Part shown: in pieces, positions 15,408 through 23,683 of the stretch
Position numbering within the stretch: position 1 is the stretch's first letter
How the letters are laid out: every line of letters begins with the position of its first letter
Source of the DNA: a virus
Lineage: Duplodnaviria > Caudoviricetes
Reading direction: 5' to 3' (one strand)
Length of the DNA: 35,860 nt
IMG/VR virus record: IMGVR_UViG_3300016662_000067
Span: 1-35,860 of that record
Notes under the pieces: generated by a model
What the model was told of the DNA's origin: nothing
Seen by the model: the letters and a program-made list of their open reading frames with translations, nothing else
The model's database searches: none
Position numbers and translations under genes: made by a program

Positions 15408-16818
15408 CGCCAAGTGCATCCCGGCTGCGCCCGAAGCGGTCTTCCTGCCTTACCAGGCAAAGTGGATCGAGGACGATTCCCGGCTGAAGCTGATCGAGAA
15501 GAGCCGCCAGATCGGCCTCTCCTGGGCGACCGCCTATGCCGCGGTCTCGCGCACCGCGCTCACCACCGCGCGGCTCGACCAGTGGGTCAGCTCGCGCGAT
15601 GACATCCAGGCGCAGCTCTTCCTCGAGGACTGCAAGTTCTGGGCGGGCAACCTCGCGATCGCGGCCGAGGACCTCGGCGAGCAGGTGCTCGACCCGCGCG
15701 ATCGGCAGACCGCCTACGTCCTGCGCTTCGCCAGCGGGAAGCGCATCAATTCGATGAGCTCCAATCCCAACGCGCAGGCGGGCAAGCGCGGGCCGCGCAT
15801 CCTCGACGAGTTCGCGCTCCACCCCGATCCGCGCAAGCTCTGGGCGATCGCCTATCCGGGGATCACCTGGGGCGGATCGATGGAGCTGATCAGCACCCAC
15901 CGTGGCAGCGCCAACTTCTTCAACCAGCTGGTCCGCGAGATCCGCGAGCAGAAGAATCCCAAGGGCATCAGCCTGCACACCGTGACGCTGCAGGACGCGC
16001 TGGATCAGGGCTTCCTCTACAAGCTCCAGCAGTCGCTGCCCGATGATGACCAGCGGCAGGCGATGGACGAGGCCGCCTATTTCGATTTCGTGAAGTCGGG
16101 CGCGGCCGACGAGGAAAGCTTCCAGCAGGAATACATGTGCCGCCCGGCCGATGATGACGCGGCGTTCCTCGAGTATGACCTGATCGCCCGCTGCGAATAT
16201 CCCGAGGGGACCGAGTGGAAGGCGATCGAGGGCGGCACGCTGTTCGCCGGGATCGACATCGGCCGCAAGAAGGACCTCACCGTCCTCTGGCTGATCGAGA
16301 AGCTCGGCGACGTCTTCTACACCCGCGAGGTGATCACCCTGCAGGGCCTCACCAAGCCCGAGCAGGAGAAGGTGATCTGGCCGTGGATCGACCGGGTGCT
16401 CGAGTGCGGCGGGCGGGTGGCGATCGACAACACCGGCCTCGGCATTGGCTGGGTGGACGATGCCCAGGCGAAGTTCGGCAAATACCGGGTCGAGGGCGTC
16501 AACTTCACCGCGCAGTCGAAGGAGGCGCTGGCCTACCCGGTGCGCGGGACGATGGAGGACCGCCGCCTCAGGATCCCGAGTGATCCGAAGGTCCGCGCGG
16601 ATCTGCGCTCTGTCACCAAGCAGGTGACCGGCGCGGGCAACATCCGCTTCACCGCCGAGCGCACGCCCGACGGACACGCCGACCGCTTCTGGGCGCTGGC
16701 GCTGGCGATCCATGCCGGCAGCGACGGCAAGACCGCGCCCTGGCGCCCGCTCGCCGGGATCACCCCGCCGCGCACGCCCGACGTCCTCGACCTCGATGCA
16801 AACTGGATCCCGGCATGA
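15400..16818 (+). CDS. Large terminase, Mu gp28-like
   Basis: KSRQIGLSW, ILDEFA, GIDIGRKKD, HADRFWA. Confidence 0.95.
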   Translation: MGNAKCIPAAPEAVFLPYQAKWIEDDSRLKLIEKSRQIGLSWATAYAAVSRTALTTARLDQWVSSRDDIQAQLFLEDCKFWAGNLAIAAEDLGEQVLDPRDRQTAYVLRFASGKRINSMSSNPNAQAGKRGPRILDEFALHPDPRKLWAIAYPGITWGGSMELISTHRGSANFFNQLVREIREQKNPKGISLHTVTLQDALDQGFLYKLQQSLPDDDQRQAMDEAAYFDFVKSGAADEESFQQEYMCRPADDDAAFLEYDLIARCEYPEGTEWKAIEGGTLFAGIDIGRKKDLTVLWLIEKLGDVFYTREVITLQGLTKPEQEKVIWPWIDRVLECGGRVAIDNTGLGIGWVDDAQAKFGKYRVEGVNFTAQSKEALAYPVRGTMEDRRLRIPSDPKVRADLRSVTKQVTGAGNIRFTAERTPDGHADRFWALALAIHAGSDGKTAPWRPLAGITPPRTPDVLDLDANWIPA

Positions 16819-16967
16819 AGATCGGCACGCACAACCTCGGCACCAACGGCCATCGCGAGCAAACCTTCGCGCGGGTCACTTCGGACGGGATCACCATCCA
16901 GCAACCGGGGAAGCATGTCACCCTCTCCACTGAACAGATCGCGCTGCTGAAGGACGTCCTGGCATGA
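16815..16967 (+). CDS. Hypothetical protein (50 aa, not in ORF track)
   Basis: MKIGTHNLG...LLKDVLA; ATGA overlaps at both ends. Confidence 0.6.
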   Translation: MKIGTHNLGTNGHREQTFARVTSDGITIQQPGKHVTLSTEQIALLKDVLA

Positions 16968-19198
16968 ACCTCCCCGCAACCACCACCAGTGCCGGCGCCA
17001 GTAGCTCGGGGGGCAACTTCCTGACCAAGGCGCTCGCCCGCGTCACCACCTCGCTGACCCAGATGCGCCACGCCGCGCAGTCGCTGTTCTTCGGCGGGCT
17101 GCTGCGCCGCACCCGGTTCGACTATGCCCGTGAGGTCGGCGACATGCTCGACGCCTCCGTCGTCATGGCGCCGGTGATGTGGCTCCAGCGCGCGCTGCCC
17201 GAGGCGCGGCTCGCGATGCGCGAACGGCTCCAGGGCGGCAAGCTCGAGCCGGTCGAGGAGCACCCGCTGCTCGAGCTGATCCGGAGCCCCAACGCCTACT
17301 ACGGCGACATCGCGCTGTGGGCCGGGACGATCGTCGACTTCGCGATCGGCGGTGACGCCTACTGGGTGAAGGTCCGCGACATGTCGGGCACGGTGCGCGA
17401 GCTGTGGTGGATCCCGGCCTTCATGATGACGCCCAAGGGCAGCCACGACGGCACCGAGTTCCTGTCGCACTACGAATACCGGCCCGGGACCGGGACCGGC
17501 AAGATCGACCTCGATCCTTCCGAGGTGATCCACTTCCGCAACGGCATCAACCCGCGCGACATGCGCCACGGCCTCGCGCCGATGCAGGCGGTGATCCGCG
17601 AGATCTTCGCCGACATGGAGAGCAGCAACTTCGTCGCCAGCCTGCTCCGCAACATGGGCGTGCCCGGCGTCGTCATCAGCCCCAAGGCCGGATCGATCCC
17701 GACCCCCGAGGACGTCGAGGCAACCAAGACGTGGTTCCAGCAGACCTTCAGCGGCGACGGGCGGGGCGGCACGCTGGTGATGGGCGCGCCGACCGACGTC
17801 CAGCCCTACGGCTTCAACCCGCAGCAGATGAACCTCTCCGAGGCGCGCGACGTTGCCGAGGAACGGGTCTGCGCCGCGCTCGGCATCCCGGCCGCGATCG
17901 TCGGCTTCGGCGCGGGCCTCCAGTCCACCAAGGTCGGCGCGACGATGGAGGAGCTGCGCAAGCTCGCCTGGCACAACGGCGTCCTGCCGATGGGCCGCGC
18001 CCTGCTCGACGAGCTGCAGCGCAGCCTGCTCCCCGATTTCGAGAAGCCCCGGCGGGGCGGGCGCCGCCTCGAGCTCTACTGGGACACCGACGAGGTGCTC
18101 GCCCTGCAGGAGGACGAGAACAGGCAGACCGAGCGCAAGCTGAAGGAGCTGCAGGCCGGGGCGATCACGCTCTACGATTACCTGATCGAGACCGGCCGCG
18201 ATGCCGACGAGAGCCACAAGTATTACCTCCGCCCGATCTCGGTGCTCGAGGTTCCGCTGGCGATGGCGGGCAAGGGCCGTGAACCCGCTCCTGATCCGCA
18301 GCTGGCCGCGCCCGATCCGCAGCTGCCCGCTCCCGCCAAGGCGCTGCCGAAGCCGCAGCAGAAGTCGGACCCGCTTTCGGACTACCTGCCCGCCGATGCA
18401 CGCGATGCCGATCCCGCCGCGCTCGAGCGCGCCATGCCGGTCGCGCGCCTGCTCAACGGCGAGGCGCTTGCCGCAACCGAGCCCTTCGCGGCGAGCCTGA
18501 TGACGCTGTTCGGCGAGTGGGGCGACACCGCCGGCAAGATCGCCGCCGACGTCCTGCGCGCTCGCGGCTTCAAGGATGGCGGCGCGGCCGGGGCGAAGGG
18601 CGAGAAGGCCGATCCCGATCCTGCGCTCGTCCAGCAGATCATCGACCTGCTCAACCTCGAGGCGTGGGAGCAGGGCCTCTCCTCGCGCTACCAGGCGCAA
18701 TACCTCGCGATCGCGCGGCGCACCGCCGAGACGCTGCAGGAGGCGGGCTTCGGCACCGGCCTGCCCGATCCGGTGATGCGCGAGATCATCGCCGCCGGCG
18801 GCACCCGCGCCGGACTGGTGGACGTCTCCGCCCAGACCCGTCAGGCGATCTTCGAGGCGCTGCGCGCCGGGATCGAGGAGGGCGACGGGATCCTCGCGCT
18901 CGCCAACCGGATCGCCAATGCGGTCGAGGGCGGGCAGTGGGGCAACCCCGAGACCAGGGCGCGGGTGATCGCCCGCACCGAGACCCAGTTCGCGCAGAAC
19001 CGCTCGATCCTCGAGACGGCGCGGACCGCGGGTGCGGCCGAGCTCGTCGTCTTCGACGGGATCTTCGGCGAGCCGCGATCCGAGCTCAGCCACATCGCCC
19101 GCAACGGCAAGATCGTCTCGGCCGAGGACGCGCGGATCATGGCCGACAACATGCGGCCCAACTGCACCCTTTCCTTCGTCCCCTACTTCAACCTGTGA
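16964..19198 (+). CDS. HK97-family portal fused to a gpF/gp7-like head morphogenesis domain
   Basis: HPLLELIRSPN, GDAYW, EVIHFR, GLAP, VCAALGIP portal motifs; Pro-rich linker; RARVIARTET...RPNCT at the C-terminus. Confidence 0.88.
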   Translation: MNLPATTTSAGASSSGGNFLTKALARVTTSLTQMRHAAQSLFFGGLLRRTRFDYAREVGDMLDASVVMAPVMWLQRALPEARLAMRERLQGGKLEPVEEHPLLELIRSPNAYYGDIALWAGTIVDFAIGGDAYWVKVRDMSGTVRELWWIPAFMMTPKGSHDGTEFLSHYEYRPGTGTGKIDLDPSEVIHFRNGINPRDMRHGLAPMQAVIREIFADMESSNFVASLLRNMGVPGVVISPKAGSIPTPEDVEATKTWFQQTFSGDGRGGTLVMGAPTDVQPYGFNPQQMNLSEARDVAEERVCAALGIPAAIVGFGAGLQSTKVGATMEELRKLAWHNGVLPMGRALLDELQRSLLPDFEKPRRGGRRLELYWDTDEVLALQEDENRQTERKLKELQAGAITLYDYLIETGRDADESHKYYLRPISVLEVPLAMAGKGREPAPDPQLAAPDPQLPAPAKALPKPQQKSDPLSDYLPADARDADPAALERAMPVARLLNGEALAATEPFAASLMTLFGEWGDTAGKIAADVLRARGFKDGGAAGAKGEKADPDPALVQQIIDLLNLEAWEQGLSSRYQAQYLAIARRTAETLQEAGFGTGLPDPVMREIIAAGGTRAGLVDVSAQTRQAIFEALRAGIEEGDGILALANRIANAVEGGQWGNPETRARVIARTETQFAQNRSILETARTAGAAELVVFDGIFGEPRSELSHIARNGKIVSAEDARIMADNMRPNCTLSFVPYFNL

Positions 19199-19246
19199 TT
19201 TGCCGGCCTACCGCTTCGCTGCTTGAGGCCAGAAAGGACCCGACCG

Positions 19247-19951
19247 ATGCTCACCAAGAACCTGACCGTCACCGAGATGGGCGAGACCGGCAAGGGCCTC
19301 GCCATCCTCGCCCGCCTGTCCGAGATCGACCACGACGGCGACACCTACGCCCCCGGCGCCTTCAGCTGGAAGGACGGCGAGCAGTGGTGCCCGCTGATCC
19401 ACCACCACGACCGCTACCAGATGCCCTTCGGCAAGGCGCGGGTCTACGAGGACGGCGACACCGCTTACGCCGAGCTCCACCTCAATCTCGAGACGCAGGC
19501 CGGGGCCGACTGGCACAAGGCGCTGCTCTTCGACCTTTCGACGGGCAAGTCGGTGCAGGAGTATTCCTACGGCTTCGGCGTGCTCGACTTCGAGCTGCGC
19601 TCCGAAGGCACCCAGCAGATCCGGGTGCTGAAGAAGCTCGACGTCCACGAGGTCTCGACCGTGATCCGCGGCGCCGGCAAGGGCACGCGGACGCTGGTGA
19701 TGAAGGGCCTGAAGGAAGCGGCCTTCGCCCCGCTGATCGCCGGGCTGGGCGAGCTGGTCGAGGCGCTGGGCAGCGATCCGGCTTCGCTGTCGGCCACCGG
19801 GCGCAAGCAGCTCGAGGCAATCCACGCGACGCTGGGCAAGGCGCTGCACCCGATCGATGCGGATGCGGAGGCCAAGGCGATCGCCGCGATCGCGAACGAG
19901 CATGCGGTGCACCTGACGCGCGACATCCGCCGGAAAATCGCCACCCCCTGA
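19247..19951 (+). CDS. HK97-type prohead protease (S78)
   Basis: D.DGD...PGAF, LIHHHD, YSYGF, HEVSTV; AAGGA SD. Confidence 0.88.
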   Translation: MLTKNLTVTEMGETGKGLAILARLSEIDHDGDTYAPGAFSWKDGEQWCPLIHHHDRYQMPFGKARVYEDGDTAYAELHLNLETQAGADWHKALLFDLSTGKSVQEYSYGFGVLDFELRSEGTQQIRVLKKLDVHEVSTVIRGAGKGTRTLVMKGLKEAAFAPLIAGLGELVEALGSDPASLSATGRKQLEAIHATLGKALHPIDADAEAKAIAAIANEHAVHLTRDIRRKIATP

Positions 19952-19981
19952 AACGGGCCTAGAAAGCCTCAGAATCGCTTC

Positions 19982-20023
19982 GAGGCCCTCCGCCCGCCAG
20001 AAATCGGGCGAGGGGCCTCTTAT
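19982..20023. terminator. Hairpin between convergent genes, possible terminator
   Basis: GAGGCCCTCCGCCCG / CGGGCGAGGGGCCTC stem (one mismatch, one GU), 8-nt loop; only a weak U tract. Confidence 0.45.
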
Positions 20024-20079
20024 GGCCTCTGAAATCGCGCCTGAGGGGTGTTTCAGAAGCGGGTGAGGACCGCGACCGG

Positions 20080-20337
20080 CTACTCGGATGCGTCCTGCTC
20101 GAGCAGCAGCCCCACCACCTCGCGCAGCGCCAGCCAGCGCTCGCGCTCGTTGATCGCCTTCTCGGGCAGGTCCTTCAGCGGGGCGAGCGCGGCATCCAGA
20201 TCGGGGAGGCGGTCGCGGGACGCCAGCTCGATCGCGGCGTTGCGCATGTAGATCCACCAGATGCGCTCGCCGGGTTGGAAGTCCGCGAAGCCCTCGACCC
20301 GCGAATAGGTCCGGCGCAGCTCGTCCCGGCCGATCAC
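20080..20337 (-). CDS. Hypothetical protein (85 aa)
   Basis: GTG overlaps the nuclease stop; only this C-terminal part of the track ORF 20080..20970 looks protein-like. Confidence 0.65.
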   Translation of the reverse strand: MIGRDELRRTYSRVEGFADFQPGERIWWIYMRNAAIELASRDRLPDLDAALAPLKDLPEKAINERERWLALREVVGLLLEQDASE

Positions 20338-20705
20338 CGGCACCAGTTCCGACGTTTCGGCCAGCGGCTCGCCAGTCCCTCGCGGATGAGCAGCTCGCCG
20401 GTCTGACCGGATGGCGTGCCCAGCCGGGCGAGCGTGCGGCCGTAGCGGTCCCTGCCGGTGCGGCTGACCGTGACGCGCTGCCCCGCCAGCAGCGTCACCA
20501 GGCGATCGCGCGCGGCGACGGCGAGGCGGCGCTCGGTCCCGCAGCGGCCGCGCATCTCGGGCGCGTCGATATCGGCGAGGCGGATCTTCTCGCCGTGCCA
20601 CCAGACGGTGTCCCCATCCACCACGCAGTGATGGCGCGGACCGGTGGCGGGGCAGACGGCGATCGGGGCGGCGCCGAGCAGGATCGGGACGAGGGCGAGA
20701 AGCAT
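20334..20705 (-). CDS. Exported thermonuclease (SNase) family protein
   Basis: VVDGDT, IRLADIDAPE, DRYGRTLA; short hydrophobic leader. Confidence 0.9.
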   Translation of the reverse strand: MLLALVPILLGAAPIAVCPATGPRHHCVVDGDTVWWHGEKIRLADIDAPEMRGRCGTERRLAVAARDRLVTLLAGQRVTVSRTGRDRYGRTLARLGTPSGQTGELLIREGLASRWPKRRNWCR

Positions 20706-20794
20706 GCCGGCAGCCTAGCAGCGCCCGGACCGTTTGCCGAATCGCCGGATTGCGGCTAGGCAGGAGACATCTCCACATCGGCGGAAATCCACGC

Positions 20795-20817
20795 CCCCGG
20801 AACAAGTTCCGGGGCGC
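20795..20817 (+). promoter_or_regulatory. Late-promoter activator site 2
   Basis: CCCCGGAAC-AA-GTTCCGGGG then CGC, upstream of the capsid gene. Confidence 0.75.
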
Positions 20818-20896
20818 ACGGGCGGCGTTTCTGCTCTCAATACGTCTCCACCGGTTTCCGCCGGGCTTCCCGGCCCGGCTCCAGTGGAGAAACGCA

Positions 20897-22219
20897 ATGT
20901 CCGATATCAAGACCCTCAGCCGCAAGGAGGCTGAAGAGAAGCTCCAGACCCGCCAGGGCGATCTCGCCAAGGTGTTCGAGGCGGCGAAGACCGCCGACGG
21001 CTCCTACGACTACAGCAAGGCGATCAGCGTCGTGTCCGGCGCGAACGACGCGATCGCGGTGGCCGAGCACGTCAAGGCGCTCAATGCCGAGGCCGACGAG
21101 ATCGCCAAGCACCTCGAGACCTTCATTGAGGCTGACAAGGCCGCTGCCGCGCTCGAGAGCCGCAGCAAGGCCGTTCGCACCTTCCCGTTCCCGGGTCAGG
21201 GCAATGGTGGCCTGCCCGCCAACCTCGGCCAGTTCAAGTCGCTCGGTCAGCAGGTGGTCGAGGCGAAGGAGTTCCAGGACTGGCTGGCGACCGGCAAGTC
21301 CCATTCGGGCGCCTCGATCAATCTTCAGGACCTGCTCCCCAGCGACTGGCTTGCCAAGTCGGCAGCTTTCGACACGATGGGCCGCAAGGCGGTGATGTCC
21401 ACCGGTGCCGGCTACGCGCCGGAAAGCCTGCGCCTCCCCGGCTTCGTCGAGGCGGTGACCCGTCCGCTCCAGCTGCTCGACATCCTGCCGATGGGCACGA
21501 CCAGCCAGGCGGCAGTGCCCTACATGGAAGAAACCACCCGCACCCATGCGGCCGCGGAAACCGCCGAAGCCGGCACCTACGCCGAATCGACCTTCATCTT
21601 CACCCAGCGTTCGGTGACCGTGGTGAAGATCACCGACAGCCTGCCGGTGACCGACGAGCAGCTCGCCGACGCTCCCTTCATCCAGGGCTACGCGAACGGG
21701 CGTCTGGCCTTCGGCGTGCGCCAGCGGCTCGATCGCCAGGCGATGGCCGGCAACGGCACCGGCGCCAACATGCGCGGGATCCTCAACACCTCGGGCATCC
21801 AGACCGCTGCTCGCGGCACCGACACCCAGATGGACGCGCTCTACAAGGCGATGACCAACATCCGGGTCAACGGTCGCGCGACGCCGACCCACCACAACCT
21901 GCACCCGACGGACTGGCAGAACATCCGCCTCATGAAGACCGCGGACGGCATCTACATCTTCGGCGCGCCGACCGAGGCGGGTCCGGAGCGCCTCTGGGGC
22001 CTGCCGGTGGTGCAGAACGAGGTGCTCACCCAGGGCACCGCGCTGGTCGGCAGCTTCGAGCCCGCCTGGATCACGCTCTTCGAGCGCCAGGGCATCGACC
22101 TGCAGGTCGGTTACGTCGGCACCCAGTTCACCTCGGGCCTGCGCACCATGCGCGCCGACATGCGGGCCGCCCTCGTCGTCTCCCGTCCGCTGGCGTTCCA
22201 CACCGTCACCGGCCTCTGA
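20897..22219 (+). CDS. HK97-family major capsid protein (440 aa)
   Basis: GGAGA SD; N-terminal coiled-coil delta domain; GNGTGANMRGIL, LHPTDW..IRL.K..DG.YI, LWGLPVV. Confidence 0.93.
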   Translation: MSDIKTLSRKEAEEKLQTRQGDLAKVFEAAKTADGSYDYSKAISVVSGANDAIAVAEHVKALNAEADEIAKHLETFIEADKAAAALESRSKAVRTFPFPGQGNGGLPANLGQFKSLGQQVVEAKEFQDWLATGKSHSGASINLQDLLPSDWLAKSAAFDTMGRKAVMSTGAGYAPESLRLPGFVEAVTRPLQLLDILPMGTTSQAAVPYMEETTRTHAAAETAEAGTYAESTFIFTQRSVTVVKITDSLPVTDEQLADAPFIQGYANGRLAFGVRQRLDRQAMAGNGTGANMRGILNTSGIQTAARGTDTQMDALYKAMTNIRVNGRATPTHHNLHPTDWQNIRLMKTADGIYIFGAPTEAGPERLWGLPVVQNEVLTQGTALVGSFEPAWITLFERQGIDLQVGYVGTQFTSGLRTMRADMRAALVVSRPLAFHTVTGL

Positions 22220-22229
22220 CGAGCCTCCC

Positions 22230-22334
22230 GCGACCGGGCCGGTCCCGCCCGGTCGCAACCCCGCTGGGGCCGGTGTTTCCCCCTGTTGCACCGGCCCCGG
22301 CTTCCCCGGCGGCTCCTTCGATCATCGAGCCGCC
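22230..22334 (+). other. Three tandem hairpins after the capsid gene
   Basis: Stems 22230-39/22247-56, 22266-75/22289-98, 22308-15/22327-34. Confidence 0.7.
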
Positions 22335-22359
22335 CGGCAAGCCCCTTCAGGAGACCACC

Positions 22360-22623
22360 ATGTCCATTACCGTGTCAGGCTTCCCGCTCACCGTCGCCAC
22401 CGCGCTCGTTCGCGGCGGTCCCGCCGGCAACTTCCGCGTCCCCGGCATCCGCGCGGGCGACACGCTGCTCGCCGTCAACTCGGTGACGGGCGCCATCCCG
22501 CCCGTGCCGACCAACCGCATCGGCAACGCTTCGATCCCGGCCGGCACCACCGACACCGTCGCGATCGCCACCATCGACACCACCGGCCTCTGGCTGCTCG
22601 TCAGCTGGGCGAAGGCCGAGTGA
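22360..22623 (+). CDS. Small virion protein, possible capsid decoration
   Basis: AGGAGA SD; beta-rich, 87 aa; follows the capsid. Confidence 0.7.
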   Translation: MSITVSGFPLTVATALVRGGPAGNFRVPGIRAGDTLLAVNSVTGAIPPVPTNRIGNASIPAGTTDTVAIATIDTTGLWLLVSWAKAE

Positions 22624-22649
22624 TCCAGTTCCAGAAGGAGAACCCATCA

Positions 22650-22871
22650 ATGTCCCAGAACCAGATCGCCGCCCAGCGGCTCTACCTCAACGCCGACAAG
22701 TCCAAGCTGGTCGGTGAAGGCTCGCTCGAGGCCGCGTTCCTCTACGCCACCGAGGGCGACGAGATCCCGGCCGAGATGGCCGAGCAGTTCGGCCTGGTCG
22801 ACGGCAAGCTCCCCGACAACAAGGCGAAGGCCGAGACCAAGCCTGCCGCGAAGGCCGAGACCAAGGCCTGA
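22650..22871 (+). CDS. Small phage protein with Lys/Ala tail
   Basis: AAGGAG SD; AKAETK repeated twice. Confidence 0.75.
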   Translation: MSQNQIAAQRLYLNADKSKLVGEGSLEAAFLYATEGDEIPAEMAEQFGLVDGKLPDNKAKAETKPAAKAETKA

Positions 22872-22874
22872 TCG

Positions 22875-23108
22875 ATGGCCACCCGCGTCCGCGTCATCAC
22901 CGAGGCAGTGCCGGCAGCGGTGCTCTCCTATCCCCGCGAGGCCGATCCGGTCTTCGGGGCGGAGTTGACCGAGGTCGCCAAGCTGCCGCCGCATTTCGAG
23001 CAGGAGTTCACGCTGGGCTCCGGCTGCGATCTGCTGGTGGTCGAGCTGCCCTCCGGGGCGGCCCCGGCCGGTGATGGCGTGGTCGTGATCGAGGCGGAAG
23101 CGGCCTGA
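22875..23108 (+). CDS. Hypothetical protein (77 aa)
   Basis: Fits the operon; TGATG coupling downstream. Confidence 0.65.
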   Translation: MATRVRVITEAVPAAVLSYPREADPVFGAELTEVAKLPPHFEQEFTLGSGCDLLVVELPSGAAPAGDGVVVIEAEAA

Positions 23109-23683
23109 TGTCCGACTTCCTCCTCCTCGACCGGGTCAAGCTGCGGATCGCCACCGATCTGCCCGACGCCGAGCTGCTGGCGATGATCGACGCGATCGCC
23201 GCCGAGCTCGACGCGCGGTTCGGGCCGTCGGGTGCGATCACCGTCGATCTCGGCGACCCGGCCGATCCTTCCTCGCGCTACCGCACCACCCTGCGGCTGC
23301 TGCGCGCCGCCGACACCGCGCAGCCGATCACCATCACCGAGATCGATCCGGGCAACACCGGCAACGCCGCCGACGAGCGGGTGCTGGCGCCCGGGGATTT
23401 CCGCGTCACGCACGGCGGGCGCACCATCCAGCGGCTCACCGGCGGGCCGAACGGCCTGCCCTACTGGGCGCCGCTGGTGCGCGTCACCTACACGCCGGTC
23501 GGCCTTGCCGCCGCGCGCGACGAGGTGACGATCAAGCTGATCGCGCTCGACCTCAGCTACCGCGGCGCGCTGCGCTCGGAGCGGGCGGGCGATTACCAGG
23601 TCACGCTCTCGGGCGACATGGCCGCCGATCGCGAGGCGATCCTGCGGACGCTGGAAGACCGGCGCGGGATGGTGATGGCGTGA
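23108..23683 (+). CDS. Head-tail adaptor protein
   Basis: Synteny; VRVTY and SERAGDYQVT motifs typical of adaptors. Confidence 0.75.
   Translation: MSDFLLLDRVKLRIATDLPDAELLAMIDAIAAELDARFGPSGAITVDLGDPADPSSRYRTTLRLLRAADTAQPITITEIDPGNTGNAADERVLAPGDFRVTHGGRTIQRLTGGPNGLPYWAPLVRVTYTPVGLAAARDEVTIKLIALDLSYRGALRSERAGDYQVTLSGDMAADREAILRTLEDRRGMVMA

Noticed and set aside
20750-20896. N-terminal extension of the capsid ORF given in the track
   Set aside because: It spans the promoter and leader; the SD supports ATG 20897.
22824-22865. 18-bp direct repeat GCGAAGGCCGAGACCAAG
   Set aside because: Explained by the low-complexity AKAETK peptide tail.
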